Shown: positions 38,046 to 49,880 of the stretch, piece by piece
Numbering within the stretch: position 1 is the stretch's first letter
How the letters are laid out: the number at the start of each line of letters is the position of its first letter
DNA from: Octopus vulgaris
Lineage: Eukaryota
Direction: 5' to 3'
Length of the DNA stretch: 64,000 nucleotides
Assembly (NCBI GenBank): GCA_951406725.2
Contig: OX597825.1
Coordinates: 6,634,001 to 6,698,000, forward strand
The notes under the pieces: generated by a model
Database searches by the model: none
Told to the model about the DNA's origin: nothing
The model's input: the letters and a program-made list of their open reading frames with translations, nothing else
Translations under genes and position numbers: made by a program

Positions 38046-39671
38046 ATGTAGATAAATATAAGGGCCAAAGTAGTCTTGTTTATCTTTATGAATCAATGTT
38101 ATTTACAAACTGTTTCATTTTTTATTGCAATACCTGGCGTCCACAAGTAACTGGCAAAACCTAATGGCTTGGCAGATTCTACACAAAATAGATTTTGAAC
38201 TGTTAATTATAGTGAGGTTCAGCTACAAACAGCAAGAAACAGTACCTTCTTATGTTGCCTGTTGACCAATCAGATAGAATAAATCAACTCTAGTTAAGTC
38301 ACTGAAGGGATATTCTATTAAGTGTGTAGGGTTTTGACTCTATTTTGTAAAATATGAAACAAGATAGAATAAACTTTGAGTTTAAACTGAGGTTTAAAGT
38401 GGATTTTGAGATGTTTAATTCTGATTTCCAGTTATTTGGGAAAACATCGTTTCAACCATGAAACTATCTCAGCAGATCAAGTTGGTATGGTAACAAGTTG
38501 TGTATTATATATTTTAATTTGATTTGTGTTTCATTAAAGACAATGTCTTTTTTTTTATAGTAAAGAAATTGGATATATACTGATATTAGAAGAAAGAAAG
38601 CAGCCAATACCATTATATATATGAATCAATTGAGATTTCTTTGTGTCATTGCAATGTTCCATAGAACTAAATATATAATAATGAACAAATAATACCATTT
38701 AAAGATCTGACACAAGAAGAGATATAAGTATATAAATGTGAAAAACTCTCACTATGCAAATCAATTATTAATGAAATCAGAGTGAAAATGTATTTTAAAT
38801 TGTTTTAATTCTTTTTCAACAAGAAACTCTGATCTAAATTTTCAATTCATGAGACAAATGACTGATGGTTTCTTTAAAATGGCTCAAAATCCACAGCAAA
38901 AAGCAATAATGTTACACTATTTCCCATACTTCTGTGGTCAGGCCAGTTTATTGAGAGAGAAAAAATACAATTGACCAATACGTAGTTATATAAAATGAAG
39001 AAAATACCCATAAATAAAAGTGTATTAGTTTTTGATAGCTGTTTTCACTTTCTGAATTTACTTGCCAAATTGATCAGTCATGTGTCTTGCTTTCTAGTGA
39101 AGCAGTTAGTGTATTGATTTCACAGTTGGTATCTTCAGTAACCGAAGAAATTTAGTGAACCATAGGGAAGAAAATAATGCTGATTGGACAATGTACTTTT
39201 AAATTTTCTCTGCCACATCTTCTAAGAATACAGTTATATTCTATGTTGGCAAGAGTCAATGTAGAAACATTAGGGCGACAGAAAATATGTCAATCACTGT
39301 TAAAGATGCTATCAATCTCGCAGCAAATATGAAAGCAAGTTCGCTGTTTCTGTTGTACACATCGTGTTTTTGTTGGTATTTTCTTCTTGTGTACGGTAGG
39401 TGTGAGCGAGGGGGATGGATAATGTATTTCATGAAATCAATACTCAGGATGTTACGGCAAATCTTTCCATTAAGGTTCAACTTTCTGCAAATAATGGTGA
39501 TTGCGTTTTACCTCTTCCAGTCCTAATGAAACAACCAATCAATTAATTGATAAGGATTTTAATTTCGGCAATGTCAGCACATTTCTTTCATTTTGTTGTG
39601 GCATGAGTGTGTCTATGTACATATGTATCTGCCAATGCACACACACACGTACACACACACATTCTTGTGTT

Positions 39672-40066
39672 CCTTTATTTGTTTCGGTCATTTGATTGTG
39701 ACCATGCTGGAGCACTGCCTTTTGTTGAACAAATCGCCCCCCACCCCCGACTTATTCTTTGTAAGCCTAGTACTTTTTCTATCGGTCTCTTTTGCCGAAC
39801 TGCTAAGTTAGGGGGACATAAACACACCACCATCAGTTGTCAAGCGATGGTGGGGGAACAAACACAGTAACACAAAAACAACCACCCACCCACCCACACA
39901 CACGACGGGCTTCCTTCAGTTCCCTTGTACCAAATCCACTCACAAGGCTTTGGTTGGCCCAAGGCTATAGTACAAGACACTTGCCCGAGGTGCCATGTGG
40001 TGGGACTGAACCCAGAACCATGTGGTTGGTAAGCAAGCTACTTACCACATAACCACTCCTGCACCT
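39672..40066 (-). mobile_element. SINE family A
   Basis: Colinear with 2381-2788. Confidence 0.92.
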
Positions 40067-40074
40067 ATATATAT

Positions 40075-40144
40075 CAGGTCACCTGGAATTGAACTTGGAA
40101 TCTTGGGGTTAATAGCCCATGCTCTTAATCACTATGCCATATGC
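40075..40144 (-). mobile_element. Family P1 tRNA-like head only
   Basis: caggtcacctggaattgaacttggaatcttggggttaatagcc...actatgccatatgc. Confidence 0.8.
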
Positions 40145-40156
40145 ATAGTGATTCAT

Positions 40157-40262
40157 GGGGAGCTGCTGGTCTCCTATAAACAACCTTGCCTGGACTTGTG
40201 CCTTAGAAGGGAACTTCCTAGGTGCAATCTCCTGGTCATTCATGACTGAAGGGGTCTTTACC
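40157..40262 (+). mobile_element. SINE family D 3' fragment
   Basis: ctgctggtctcctataaacaaccttgcctggacttg...ggtcattcatgac. Confidence 0.75.
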
Positions 40263-40289
40263 TTTTTTTACTACCTTCACATCATGCCA

Positions 40290-40500
40290 TGGGAAGTTGG
40301 ATCTTCTTCATTGCTATGTATCTTGCATCACTTCTTTCTGGCCTTTCCAAATATTCTGCATTCAAGCCCCATGTCTTACTACCATGCTGTAGTCTGAACA
40401 CAAGCATCATACAATCTACTCTTCACTTGGAAGGAAAAGGCCTTTGTAAACCAGTAAAGGTAATAGCTACACGAACCTTTTCTACTCTATGCATGCCCTG
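40290..40500 (-). pseudogene. RTE-LINE ORF fragment
   Basis: HGSKTWGLNAEYLERPERSDAR resembles the RTE (Y/H)GSETW...LER.E motif. Confidence 0.6.
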
Positions 40501-41736
40501 GTTGTTATACTTTTGGAACAGCTACCTAGAAATCAGCCCTAGAATTAAGACTGAACTTAGAGTACTGAGGGTCGGAAAAAAATTCAGCTCCCAAATCACA
40601 CTGCCTCTACACACACACACACAAAATATGTATATAGAAACTATTTTGAGACAGTGTGTGTGAGCAAAACTTGCAATACACTTACTCTCTGACACAGTTT
40701 AGCAGGAATTTTATCCAATTTGCAAAAAATCTTGGGAGATGAAAAAAAATTTTATTTATATTATGGTAGAAAATGAACCATTTAACATTATGCCAGTATG
40801 TATAAGCATCTTGCCAACATATCTGATTAGTTTTATTCCTTACAAATAAGAATATCTAAATTATATTGGTGTTACAAGTAAGCTTTATAGATAATTAAAA
40901 TACTTTACATTTGATGCTTGTTATATAAGTTATGCTAGCTACTTGATACATACTTAATTATCAAGATAAAGTGATGGAGAGCCGCGGGAGCAGTGGGGGT
41001 GGGGAAAAAATAACAAGAACAACAACAAGAGAAAAACAAATAAACAAAGAAGACTTGTGAATCAATGCAGAATTTCAAATCTGTGTTGAAGTATTTGGCA
41101 ACAAATAGAGTTTTGTAGAATCCATTAATTGGAATGGCAGGTAATAGCTCAGCAGTGAATGAAACTTGTGGAAATCCGATTAGAATAGAGGTGAAAAAGG
41201 AACAGTTAGCAAGAAAATGGAAATAAAATAAAGTAGAAAAAGTGAAGCAGCACTGAAATATATTTATTTGAATATTTTGCCAAATGGACTTTCAGTCAGT
41301 CTGGCTGTTGCAAGACATTTAAAGCCTCATTTTAGTTAGGTCACGTACAAAAATTATATCTTTCAGCTGGCTTAAAAAGAAGAAAAACCAAGAAAAGAAA
41401 ATAACGATCAAAAGTAATCAAGCTATTGCAGCAACACTCATTAAGAATGAAAACTAATATTAATGAAAGTAAATAACAAATGCAGGCAGAAAATATAGTC
41501 TGAGCTGAGCTTTAAAGAATAATCTCATCGCTCTTGATTGACAAGACAAAATTTAATAGGATTCTTGAGCAGAATAATTAAATCCGGGGCTGCGGAATGA
41601 TTCTCTTTGGATTTTATTCGGAACCAGCCAAATGTTTCTTTGTCATCTTTACTAATAGAATAGTATTTCTTGAATAACAATTCTTGTCAGTTATGGCTTA
41701 AACATTCTAACCATTATAGATCCTATATTATATATA

Positions 41737-41790
<54 letters not shown>

Positions 41791-42412
41791 TGTGTGTGTG
41801 TGTGAAGTCTAATAGTTCCTACTAAGTTTCCTGAGTTGTATTTAAAACTTACTCAATGAGAGTCGAACTGTACCTTCTTAATAGCGAGGCTAGTGTTAAT
41901 GGGGGTCCTTAATGTTACAAAATAACATTAACTCATGTTGTGGAAGTTTTATGGGGCTCATTTATTTCCTGGCAAGTTTGGTGTGACTGATTTCATGGCA
42001 GGTGTTACAATAATAATAATAATAATAATAATAATAAGGATAATAATAATAATGGTGTCTAATTTAGTTGCAAGGCCAGTAATTCTGAAGGCAGGCATCA
42101 GTGGAATTAAATCGACCTTAGAACTAAGACTCATACTTCATTTTATTAATCCTAGAAATATGCCACTCAGCTATTTCTCAGTCTACAAATGCATGCTTAT
42201 AACAGGCATTTTCACATGGGCCATATATGTCACTCTTATCCATCTTCTGCAAAAAATCACTGGAGGATGGGTGAAAGCACCTCTGACTACACTCTCACCT
42301 TTCTTTGCAAGTAAAACTTAAAACAGTTGATGAGGGTTCAACCGGCCAAAGAGGAAAGTGTCTGTCTTCAAGTCTTTACAATCATGTCCATTACACAATC
42401 TCTTTCACTGTA

Positions 42413-42672
42413 GCCATGTCGGTGGCACGTAAAAAGCACAAACCGATCATGGCTGTTGCCAGCCTCGCCTGGCACCTGTGCTGGTGGCACATAAAAAGCA
42501 CCCACTACACTCACGGAGTGGTTGGCATTAGGAAAGGCATCCAGCTGTAGAAACACTGCCAGATCAAACTGGAGCCTGGTGCAGCCTTCTGGCTTCCCAG
42601 ACCCTGGTTGAACCATCCAACCCATGCTAGCATGGTAAACGGACGTTAAACGATGATGATGATGATGATGAT
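42413..42672 (+). mobile_element. RTE-LINE 3' end (family B)
   Basis: Conserved end with (gat)n tail. Confidence 0.9.
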
Positions 42673-43249
42673 GTAGCCAGTGGGAAACTGCTTACTGTTG
42701 CTGACCAAGGAAAAGTGGAGATTTGATTTTCATAAGTGATGGGGTTAATAGCCATATCTGTCCAACATACACCAACAACTACTGGACAAAACTCTACAGA
42801 TCAGCATTGCTTGGACACTGAATAAGGGCATGCAGAATGATTTCATTGCTCTGCATGGATATTGACTACATTTGGCTAATTGATAGCACTTCCATATCTG
42901 TAGAGTTTGTTTCAAACCAGCACTGCTCCACCCTACTAGTACTGCAGGGCTAGAGGTTCTTGGAAGTTATCTACATCTGGGTGTCTTTTACATTGCACCC
43001 AGCGCTTTTTATGTGGCACCATCACTGCTGATATTTGGGGTTACATTCTATGCCTTGACCTGAGAATAGGATGGGGCTCACCTCTTTGAGCTGGGAAATG
43101 AATGGAATGTCTGGTGTGTGTCTTGCTGTGGCTACCCACCTCCTAAAAAAAAATGGGGAATAGGCCAGGGTATATGTATGTATGAAACTATTAATAGCAC
43201 TTAAAGACATGTATTGTGTCCTTTAAATAATACACACACACACATATAC

Positions 43250-43456
43250 ATAATCCAAACATGAATAAAGAGAAAACACAACAACGCAAGGATGTGGAAC
43301 AAGTATAGTGTTATTGGACGCTCAGGAAAGGAAAGAAAGAAAGGAGAATTTAATGTTTCGAGCAGAGCTCTTCGTGAGAAACATAGAAAAAGGAAAGATC
43401 CAAGGAAGGGAAGACAGAGAAAGAAAATTGGCAATGATACACACACAATCACATAT
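43250..43456 (-). mobile_element. Family P3, decayed hammerhead motif
   Basis: Colinear with 6325-6522; minus GTTT-CTCACGA-A-GAGC tct GCTC-GAAA-CA-TT-AAAT at 43348-43382. Confidence 0.78.
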
Positions 43457-44171
43457 TGAAATCATATATATATATATATCTTTTGTGTTACTTCTAGCTG
43501 GTGATATTTATGTACTGTAACAGGAGCAGTTCACCAAATAAACATTGATTAAGCAAGCAACAGACTTAAAAATAAGTCCTGGGGGCTAATGTTTAGCAAG
43601 GCTCGAAGAATATTGGTTACTGGATTGTAGCCCCAACATGACAATAATCCAATAACAAACTAAATGATAGAATATATATATATACACCATTTTCAATTTA
43701 ACATATTTATTTACCAAATATATGTTTTATGAATTATATAAATAAACTAAACGTTGTATCTACAATAGATGACGCCTTTGATTTCTTCCCATAGTTTACC
43801 AATTTTATGAATAATCTAAACTGTACGTCTTCCATTTGGTTCAATAGCGACAGCGTAACATACACAGACAGAAACAGAACAACTTCACAGACAAATAAAT
43901 TTGAAATGTTTACTTTGGCAAACAATAATTAATTGCACCAAACCAAATGTGTTAAGTAATTGACAATTTGATCAATCACTTAACAACACATGTGGTCTGG
44001 AATTTGGAAAAGTGTTGGCAGATGCATAATTACTGGGTGGCTGCCGAGTAGGATGTAACCAAACTATTTCTGTCACCTTCTTCTTATTACCACGGGAATG
44101 GTCATGTAAGCAATTTCTATGCCTGTCTTGCAATGGTACCCAAAATAAAGACCGCAACCATTGTATTGTAT

Positions 44172-44547
44172 ACTCTTTACTCTCTTTTACTTGTTTCAGT
44201 CATTTGACTGCGGCCATGCTGGAGCACCACCTTTAGTCGAGCAAATCGACACCAGGACTTATTCTTTGTAAGCCTAGTACTTATTCTATCGGTCTTTTTT
44301 GCTGAACTGCTAAGTTATGGGGACGTAATCACACCAGCATCGGTTATCAAGCAATAGTGGGACACATGCACACACAAATATATGACGGGCTTCTTTCAGT
44401 TTCTGTCTACCAAATCTACTCACAAGGCTTTGGTCAGCCCTGAGGCTATAGCAGAAGACACTTGCCCAAGGAGCCATGCAGTGGGACTGAACCCAGAACC
44501 ATGTGGTTGGGAAGCAAGCTTCTTACCACACAGCCACTCCTGCACCT
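44172..44547 (-). mobile_element. SINE family A
   Basis: Colinear with 2381-2788, short central microsatellite. Confidence 0.92.
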
Positions 44548-44831
44548 ATAGCAGTAATTCATAAAGAACTTTCATAAATGAACCAGTGTCAGTTAGCAGT
44601 TGATTCTCTTCACACATATTAGTTAATGACCAGGAAATAAATACAAAAATTCACAGCTTCCATTTATTCTGCCCTAAATACATTAATGGTAACTGTCACT
44701 TATGGAATGTTTCTGAGTACAAAAATCCAAGTAACTTATGACATTAATTCAGCAAACACTTAATGGATTAATATAACAATGATCAGTTAATTTAAGCAGT
44801 TTCATAAGCTGAAGTTAAAATACAGACGAAT

Positions 44832-45165
44832 ATCATCATCATCATCGTTTAATGTCTGCTTTCCATGCTAGCATGGGTTTGGAGGATTTGACTGAGGGCT
44901 GGTGAACCAGATGGCTGCATCAGGCTCCAATCTTGATTTGGCAGAGTTTCTACAGCTGGATGCCCTTCCTAATGCCAACCACTCTGAGAGTGTAATGGGT
45001 GCTTTTACATGCCACCAGCACAGGGGCCAGTCAGGCAGTACAGGCAATGGTCATGGAAAAATCGTGTTTTTTTTTATGTGTAACCTGCACACCGGCACAA
45101 GGGCCAGTAAGGTGATGCTGGTAATGATCACGCTCGAACGGTGCTTTTTACGTGCCACTGGCACG
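44832..45165 (-). mobile_element. RTE-LINE 3' end (family B)
   Basis: Conserved end plus three subrepeats. Confidence 0.88.
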
Positions 45166-45920
45166 AATGCTAGATTCCCTTGATTGAAAATATAAGGACA
45201 CAGATCATGTTGTATAGCCAGCTGGAGACGATGTCTCCTGGGGCTAAATTACAGCAACATTAGTCCTAAACCAGGACTGCCATGTTATGTTGGCAAACAA
45301 TCTTTACTCCAAAGTACTGTTGCTGAATATCTCATGTTGTGAGATTTAAAAATAGAAATTTTCTAATAAATTTTGTGTTGCAGAATTCAAATTGAAAACT
45401 TAGAGAATTAATACAATTCTTTTACAGTTGTTCCTTTTCCTGCTTTCATACGTTGAGCTCAGCATGCAGGTACAAAGTTTATCAAAAGATTATTTAAGCC
45501 ATAAAAGAATGCAACACCAGATTCCATAAAAACACACAAACTTTGGTTTTTTTTCTTTGTCTTACAGTCAGTATAACCATGTTTACCTTAATGACCAATC
45601 ACCAATTATTATATTGATTCCATTTTTCAGATAAACAGTCTGCTTCCAGACAGGCACAGCTCTCAGAAAACAACAACAACAACAACAAAATTTCTAAAAT
45701 AAGTGCTGGACATAAATATGTTAACCAATATTCTTTCCTGTTCAACTTCAAACAGAGATATCAAATTGCCGGTTACATAAATTATTCATTCTTTTCTGCT
45801 AATTATTGCAAGAGGAATGGCAAGCAACACCTAGCATTTAGCTTTTGCTGACTTTTACTTGCCACATGCAACTTGATTTGGAGTAATTCACTATTAGTCT
45901 TGCTGCAGCATGAGACACAA

Positions 45921-46336
45921 ATCATCATCATCATCATCATCACCATCTTCATCACCAACTTCATCATCATCATCATCATCACCACCATCATCACCATCAT
46001 CATCATCATCACCATCACCACCACCATCTTCATCATCACCATCATCATCATCACCACCATCATCACCATCTTCATCATCATCATCACCACCACCATCATC
46101 ATCATCACCACCACCATCATCATCATCACCACCATCACCACCATCATCATCACCATCTTCATCATCACCATCATCATCATCACCACCATCATCACCATCT
46201 TCATCATCATCATCACCACCATCATCATCATCACCACCATCATCATCATCACCATCATCATCACCACCATCATCATCATCACCACCATCATCATCATCAC
46301 CATCATCATCGTCGTTTAACGTCCGTCTTCCATGTT
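45921..46336 (-). repeat. About 390-bp (CAT/CAC)n array continuous with a minimal RTE 3' end
   Basis: Array runs directly into cgtttaacgtccgtcttccatg. Confidence 0.92.
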
Positions 46337-46942
46337 TGTGAGAAATTCCCGCTGTCATTATCCAATTTCACTTATTGATCCCAAAGTTAGTATATGATAG
46401 CATTGTAGTAATAGTAATAGTAGTAGTAGCAGCAGCAGCAGTAGTAGTAGTATTAAGAGGGGGGAGAGGAAGATGGCAGAAAAGAAATACTGATATTCTT
46501 TGCAATTTGTCTTCCGTCTTTTTCGGATTGTTTTATATTTTCTATTGATTTCACAGACATAAATGCAATGGCTGCTCTCACACAACAATCTCGATATCAA
46601 CTAAGTAAATGGTAAAAGTGGAACCGAAACTATAATAGCTGTGTAAAAATAGTCTCAGAACAAAATGGAGGTCAATTTGTAGGTTGAGACTGCTATTTTC
46701 AATAACACTAGTACAGTCTTATTGGTACAGTGACCTCGCTACTAGAAATAAAGACAACAATGGTTCCTAATTTAGGCATAAAACCATAAGTAAACCCCAG
46801 GAACTTCATTTTATCAACCCCAGGAAAATAAATGGCAAACTTGACCTTGGGATTTTATATCAGAATGTGAGGAACCAGAACAACATCTTTAACGACACTG
46901 ACAATTCTGCAAATTCCTCCAACTGTAATAAAAGTAGTGACG

Positions 46943-47084
46943 TTATTTACATTTGACGGATATTTGTCCTCATCTTGTTTGTTGTTAACACAACATTTCG
47001 GCTGATACACCCTCCAGCTTTCATCGGGTGTCTTGGGGAAATTTCGAACCTAGGTTCTTATTCCTAAGCTATTTTTCGATGTTG

Positions 47085-47116
<32 letters not shown>

Positions 47117-47376
47117 CCAGTAGTTTTATTTTTGTAGCGTGCTTTCACTTCACTACCAAGCGCAGCTCTGTGTGCCTTGGGTATGTGCTGTGATTTGTTG
47201 TGATGCTCTGATGGTTATTGTATGGAAAGTGTTCTGCGTAGGATGTGTGCAATTATTATTATTATTATTATTATTCAGGTCATGGGCATATGGCATAGCG
47301 GTTAAGAGCATGGGCTACTAACCCCAAAATTCCAAGTTCAATTCCAAGTGGTGACCTGAATAATAATAATAATAAT
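46943..47376. mobile_element. Family P1, inverted, with nested R4/Dong 3' end
   Basis: Minus body with motif at 46987-47032; plus-strand tRNA head 47284-47358 followed by (aat)n. Confidence 0.85.
47117..47252 (-). mobile_element. R4/Dong-type LINE 3' end in (TAA)n
   Basis: Minus AHILRRTLSIQ* plus 3' UTR; (tta)n both sides. Confidence 0.75.
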
Positions 47377-48092
47377 CTGTGATATGCAATAGAAATAATA
47401 TTAGATTAAAATAGTTATCCGTGTAGCATACTTGATGTAAACAGATGGTGAAAAGGCAAATTTATAGCAGTATTTGTTTGGACATAATATCCCTTTTGGA
47501 TATGTTTTATTTAAAAACACAATAATAATAATAGTAATGTGAGCAAAACTGATTACTTATCAATAAGACCAGTTTTTTTTGTTTAGTATATGTTTATAAT
47601 GTAATCAAAATTTTTTTACTGCCTTGTTAAAAATAGCAAATAATTTGATTATCTACCATAAGATTAACAAACTAGAATACAAAGAGAAACAGAGGTAAAT
47701 AGTATATAACCGTCATTAGATTACAGAATGCTACTTCATCGACATAAGCATTACACCAACATAAAATCTATGTTGACACACAGACATCGATATATGGAAT
47801 GTTCACAGAAATAAGATTGTGCCAAGGACAAATAAACAACTATGGAAGATATTTTGAAGATTGTCAGATGTTTTTCTTTAAAATGCAAATACTTCCTGCC
47901 ACAACAATTTCGTTTTGCTTGAGATAACATGAAATTGTGATAGGTCAGCAAAATAGTGTCTAGTGACTTATTTAAGAGATATAACTGTATTAGTACAGAC
48001 ATATTGGTATTGAGAGTAAATAAGCGGTAGTGGAAAATACATGCTGTATAGATGGCAGTTGGAGACAGGGGTATCCCACATGACATAGAAAA

Positions 48093-48270
48093 GCAGGGGT
48101 TCTCAACCATTTTTTTATCTATGTCCCTTTCATTACTATTTTATTCTCCCATAATAAACCATATTCAAGGTTTAAAAACTAGCTTTATAGAATTTTATTT
48201 ATTAATGTTTTCCCCACATTGACTTGTGTAGGTTGAACTCTGTAAAATGTCAGAGAAAGAAATCTACCTG
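48093..48270 (+). mobile_element. Possible hAT-type MITE fragment
   Basis: Begins CAGGGGTTCTCAACC; similar terminus cagtggtcgccaacc at 29798; no second TIR seen. Confidence 0.35.
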
Positions 48271-48282
48271 TTTCTTGCAATT

Positions 48283-48637
48283 ATCATCATCATCATCATC
48301 ATCATCATTGTTTCACGTCTGCTTTCCATGCTGGCATGGGTTGGACGGTTTGACTGAGGACTGGTGAGCCAGAAGGCTGCACTAGGGTCCAATCTGATCT
48401 GGCATAGTTTCAACAGCTGGATGCCCTTCCTAACACCAACCACTCCGAGAGTGTAGTGGGTGCTTTTATGTGCCACTGGTATGAGGACCAGTCAGGTGGT
48501 TCTGGCAACGACCACACTCAAAAGGTGTTTTTTACATGCTACCTGCATGGGAGCCAATCTGGTGGCACCGAGGTTGACTTTGCTTTTCATACTTTCAGGG
48601 TAGATAAATTAAGTACCAGTTGCATACTGGGGTCAAT
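48283..48637. mobile_element. RTE 3' end (minus) joined to SINE C fragment (plus)
   Basis: Family B 48283-48568; family C core 48568-48637. Confidence 0.8.
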
Positions 48638-49120
48638 AGAAAAGAATATCAACATTGTCCTTCTATTATATAAAACATACCCTGAATATTAACATTCTAA
48701 CAGAAGAGAATTTACAAGTGGCTCTTATATCTTTCAGTTACGCAACAAATGTTTCCATTTTATAATCAAAACATCAACTTAATTCTGTTTCCTCATGGGA
48801 AAAGTATTCCAATTTTATACTTAAACAAATGAAACCCTGTCAAAAGTTATTCTTCAAATGAAAGATCTCACAAAGGATTTTTTCGAAATGCTCATCATTC
48901 AGAAATAGCAAAAACAGTTTATTAAAATGCTGGAGGCAACTATAAATAGCGAAATAGTTAAAAGTTTCCATTATTAATAGTGATTTATTTTATTGTTGAA
49001 AATGAATGAAAGATATAAAATTGAATTATGGCTCCTCCTCCAATGAATACTATATAATATTTTCCTTCATTGACTGAGTCTTTCAGGAATTATTTTTTAG
49101 ATTTGGTAAACCATTACCAT

Positions 49121-49221
49121 TATCATTTAATGGCTGTTTTCCATGCTGGCATGAGTTGGGCAGATTGACAAGAACTGGCAAGCCAGAGAGTTGCACTGGG
49201 TTCCATTTGTCTGTTTTATTA

Positions 49222-49264
<43 letters not shown>

Positions 49265-49880
49265 GGTGGCAAGATGAAAGAATTGTGGAGACAATGGGCA
49301 AAATGCTAAGTGGCATTTTGTCTGTCTTTACATTCTGGGTTCAAAGTTGACTTTGCTTTAATCCTTTTGGGGCTGATGAAATAAGTACCAGTGATACACT
49401 GGGGTTGATGTAATCGACTAGACTCCTCCTCACAAAATTTCAGACCTTGTGCCTATTGTAGAAATAATTATTATTGCTCTTACTAACACCAACCACTCCA
49501 AGAGGGCCAGAGGAGGCTGGCATCGACCATGATTGGATGGTGCCTTTTATGTGCCACTGGGGAGCCAGTCAAGGCAATGCAGGCATCAGCCACATTCGGA
49601 TGGTGCTTTTTACGTACCACCAGCACAGAAGCCAATCGGGGTGAGGGGGCTGGCATCGACCATGTTCAGTGAGCTGGCAGAATTGTTAGCACACCAGTCA
49701 AAATGCTTAAAAGCATTTCGTCTACCTCTACGCTCTGAGTTCAAATGCTGCCAGGGTCAACTTTGCCTTTCATTCTTATGGGGTTAAGAAAATAAGTACC
49801 AGTTACGCACTGGGGAAGATGTAATCGACTATCCCCCACCTCAAAATTTCACGCCTTGTACGTTTAGCGGAAAGGATTAT
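49121..49880. mobile_element. Cluster: split family B (minus) with two SINE C copies (plus: 49265-49468, 49668-49880)
   Basis: Family-diagnostic motifs in each part. Confidence 0.8.

Noticed and set aside
39256-39526. Overlapping 74-79-aa ORFs in a CpG-retaining unique stretch
   Set aside because: No consistent splice pair or homology; could be conserved non-coding DNA but not testable here
45803-46358. Asp/Gly-rich 154-aa ORF resembling an acidic biomineralisation protein
   Set aside because: It is the expanded tail of an RTE element and is open in several frames
47284-47358. tRNA gene (also heads at 1675-1747, 4040-4110, 14482-14556)
   Set aside because: Acceptor and T stems do not pair properly and each is fused to a repeat body; these are SINE heads
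47751-48110. 119-aa minus-strand ORF
   Set aside because: Starts inside a MITE-like end, has no recognisable domain, and its length is compatible with chance
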